From contig JBHGNT010000011.1 of assembly GCA_043228905.1 (NCBI GenBank), forward strand, positions 5,084,001 to 5,148,000: DNA of 64,000 bases, written 5' to 3'. Below the pieces are notes generated by a model. That model was not told the DNA's origin, made no database searches, and saw only the letters and a program-made list of their open reading frames with translations. Shown piece by piece: positions 61,135 to 64,000 of this stretch; positions within the stretch are counted from its first letter, which is position 1, and the number at the start of each line of letters is the position of its first letter. This DNA is from Azolla caroliniana (Eukaryota; Plantae; Polypodiophyta). The translations under genes were made by a program, and so were the position numbers.

Positions 61135-64000
61135 TTACATAGCAATCAATTCATCGTCATTTTCTTCATCATCTTGTGTAGAACTGTCTTCGGCTATTCG
61201 TGCATTGGTTTCCCATGTTAGCCGAGCCAACGAAATATCTTCTATAAGCTCATCATCAAGCTCTATTAGCTCCCCCGGTTCGCCGGCTAACGGAGGAATA
61301 GGCTCTCGCGAAGCAGGTTGAAACCTTTCTGTATTGGCGAGGTTCTTTGCACCGACCTCCTCATCCTGGTTTGGGCACTCCCACAAAGCCTTAATCCGCA
61401 TATTAATAAATATAACTTGGTCCTCGTCCTTCTCCAATGCAACTGTATTTCTAAACAGCTTCAATGCTCATGCTGACGTAGTTCCTGTGATGTAAGTAAC
61501 AAGAAGATTTAGTTGTCAAACGAAAAAAAAGGGATTGGTTATCTCAAGATCGTTACCCTAGTTCGAGGAATACCTGTGCCAGAAAAGAGATCTAATATCC
61601 AGTCTCCTTCGACAGAAAACATCTCGATCAAGCGCATCATAAGTCGTTGAGGTTTTTGGTATGGGTTGACAAGTCCCCGTTCTGTCGTGGTGACATGTCG
61701 CAATTTCCGTGTCACTGCTGGATATACCAACAGATTTGAACCTCCCACTTCATTAGAATGCTCTTTGATTCTCTGTTTCTTAATTTCATCGAAGTAGCCA
61801 ACCGTTATGTATTCAATGGCATTAACGAACCGAAAAGTTGGCCCTCTATTTACATTGGTCTTGATCCTATAAAAAATAATTCATTGAGTTAAGAATAGAT
61901 TCAACAACCTTAAGAAATGCAATATAGTGAAAGACACCTATAAATAATCCTTACCATGCAAGGTTCTCGATGCCATGGCAACGAGATATCAAAGCTTGAG
62001 CTACCGAGTACCCTTGGTCCATACTATGAAAGACAACTATTCGCCACAAGGATGCGGTCGTTAGCTCAGCGAAATCCTTGACCATCTTCTCCAATTGTTT
62101 AAACCTAAACGGTTCATCGTCGTATGATGACCCAGCCATTCGAAATCCGTAAGGAATATCCGCAATCATTAGCGTATATTCCTTCTTTGGCACCTTCTGG
62201 ATCAAGTCGATGACATCACCGCAAACCACATTGTAGTAAAGATCTCTCGTAATATCTTTTTTGTGGCTAAATTTTTTAAAGGAGCCATCTTCCTCCATTT
62301 CGTACGCCTTGACTAAGCGACGATCCTTTTCTTTTCTGGCTCGCTCGAGATGTGCAAGGAAGGATGTAGGGAAATCGTGTATATCCTTAACTTCTCCTTG
62401 TTTCTTGCCTCGACACGGTTTCTAATAGAAGCAGTAGGACATCAGGTATTATTATACAAGCTCTACATATGATGAAAGGGTAATGAAAAAACATGAATAC
62501 TAACCCAATCCTTGAATGCAATAAAATACTCTGATAACGCCTTATACGAAGACGTTAGAGGATAATCCTCGGTCACTTGTTCCCAAGTTATACATCCAAG
62601 TTGTTTCATCATAACTTCTTGGATCTTCATGTACACCTTATGACTGTAAAATTAGAAATCAAGATTAGAACTTTGAATTACACCAGATAGACTACAATTT
62701 CAGTATTTGAAAGACTTACTTATTGAACTCAGTGACCATTTCTTCAAGGCTTAAATCTTTCACCACAACCCTTGACAAAGCCGACACAAGAAACTGCTCG
62801 TCCTTAATACCTTGCATCGCTCTCCATAGAGACAGCGTCATGTCGTCTGCCGCTTCTTCAATTGTCAAGTCAATTTTCTTGGCGGCTTGTGACTTTTAAC
62901 TCTAGTTGAGGTTCAACCCTACATTTCTTTTGTCGTTGACCCTTTACCTCCTTATTCTCCCACATTGAGAAGATTTGATCTTGTAGGTCCCATACTTCTC
63001 CATCTCTAAACGCCAATTGAAACCAAGACTCATACTTTCGAAGACCATCGGACCTAACATTATCATCTACCACAATGCCGACTTCATGCAGACATTGACG
63101 TCGAAGGCCTGGATGTAACTTCACACCAAACTTTTGTTTCACGTCTAAATACTCGTGGTGGAAGAACCGTATACGCTCAATGGACGACATTTTCTACCTA
63201 TAGTCATTATCATTATTATGGTCCCATGCCAACAGCTTAGCCTCTTCGGTTGTGAGCCCAACATAAATTTTGCACTCGGCATACTTGAAGAAGAAAGTTG
63301 TTGGATGTTCTCTCACAAGTTGCCGACGTGCCTCTGCTGAATGCGATCCACCAATGACAAAATAATTATATTGATCATGCTTTCTAATATCAAAATCTTC
63401 AATGGTTTCACATTCTTCAGGATTTACCATAACAATAAAGGGCACCACAGTGGCATGAGGATTAATTTTCATTTTTTTCTTGAGATTTTGAACATGCATG
63501 CGGTGTGGCTCTCTAATCTCAAGTGGTCGTCGACCTGTTTTTTCATCAATAGGGGGCCGATGGATGTGTGTTATAGGCAAATTAAACACTTGCCCTTTCC
63601 TGACCAGTTTCTGTTGCATTAACTCTCTCCTTATCTTATTCTACTCGGATGACAAAACAACCGAGGCCAGCTCAGCTCCTGGCGTCCCCTTATTATCCTC
63701 CTCTTCGTTTTCACTTGTTGAATCCGTATCCGACATTTTGGTTGTCTTCTTCTTTGGTGGTCTTGATTGGACTTTGGATACCCTTTTTGTGGCCTTCAAT
63801 GGGGAGGGCACTTCATCTCTTAGAGTTACATGGCTTTGTATATAAGGCCTCAAGGTAACAATAAGGTTTTGTGAGCTATCAAGTGCTTTTTTGAACGCTT
63901 CTGGCCCACAAGATTCCTTTACTAAAAGGTCTTCTGAAAGGAACACTTTACGTACCCCCTTGGAGCACTCTATCATTACCAGTATGTTGGTCGAATCTGC
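61135..64000 (-). pseudogene. Intron-containing ParB-like / beta-class N6A-N4C DNA methyltransferase fusion gene (5' end possibly beyond the window)
   Basis: Exons >64000-62720, 62643-62505, 62421-61955, 61866-61574 and 61484-61135, separated by GT-AG introns of 76, 83, 88 and 89 nt that preserve frame. ParB-like VPFIVMV...YFVIGGSHSAEARRQL. MTase VCGDVIDLI...LMIADIPYG...WIK...EYITVG...NPYQKPQRLMMRLIEMFSVEGDWILDLFSGTGTTSA*ALKLFRNTVALEKD. Stops at 63641, 63194 and 61468; frameshift near 62897. Confidence 0.85.

Noticed and set aside
61468-63643. Stop-codon readthrough or RNA editing rescuing the methyltransferase gene
   Set aside because: There is also a frameshift, and U-to-C editing in plants is organellar. 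Mutational decay is the simpler explanation.
61135-64000. Bacterial contamination as the source of the methyltransferase
   Set aside because: It has four frame-preserving spliceosomal introns and is contiguous with plant retroelements.

Overview
This window is repeat-dense nuclear DNA from a land plant, probably a seed-free lineage (fern, lycophyte or bryophyte), judging from the transposon lineages present. About 60 kb is a stack of nested transposons. Four degraded Ty1/copia copies and fragments belong to two families, and a further copia (24237-37267) carries other inserts. A near-intact Tnt1-like copia (45172-54401) contains a non-autonomous gypsy element (47269-51202). Three related tRNA-Trp-primed Ty3/gypsy elements are present, one nearly intact at 24681-32664. 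There is also a Tcn1-like chromovirus remnant, an L1-type LINE with target-site duplication (TSD), a hAT-like MITE and a solo LTR. The main finding is in the last 2.9 kb on the minus strand (61135->64000). Four canonical GT-AG introns join a ParB/Srx-like domain to a prokaryote-type beta-class N6-adenine/N4-cytosine DNA methyltransferase (DIPY, W-x-K, NPYQKP and DLFSGTG motifs). This copy has three nonsense codons and one frameshift. Secondary findings are tRNA-like Pol III A/B-box modules in the U3 of all three Trp-primed gypsy LTRs, a -1 frameshift signal after the protease, and an extended primer binding site (PBS). All calls are by eye; no database searches were run.
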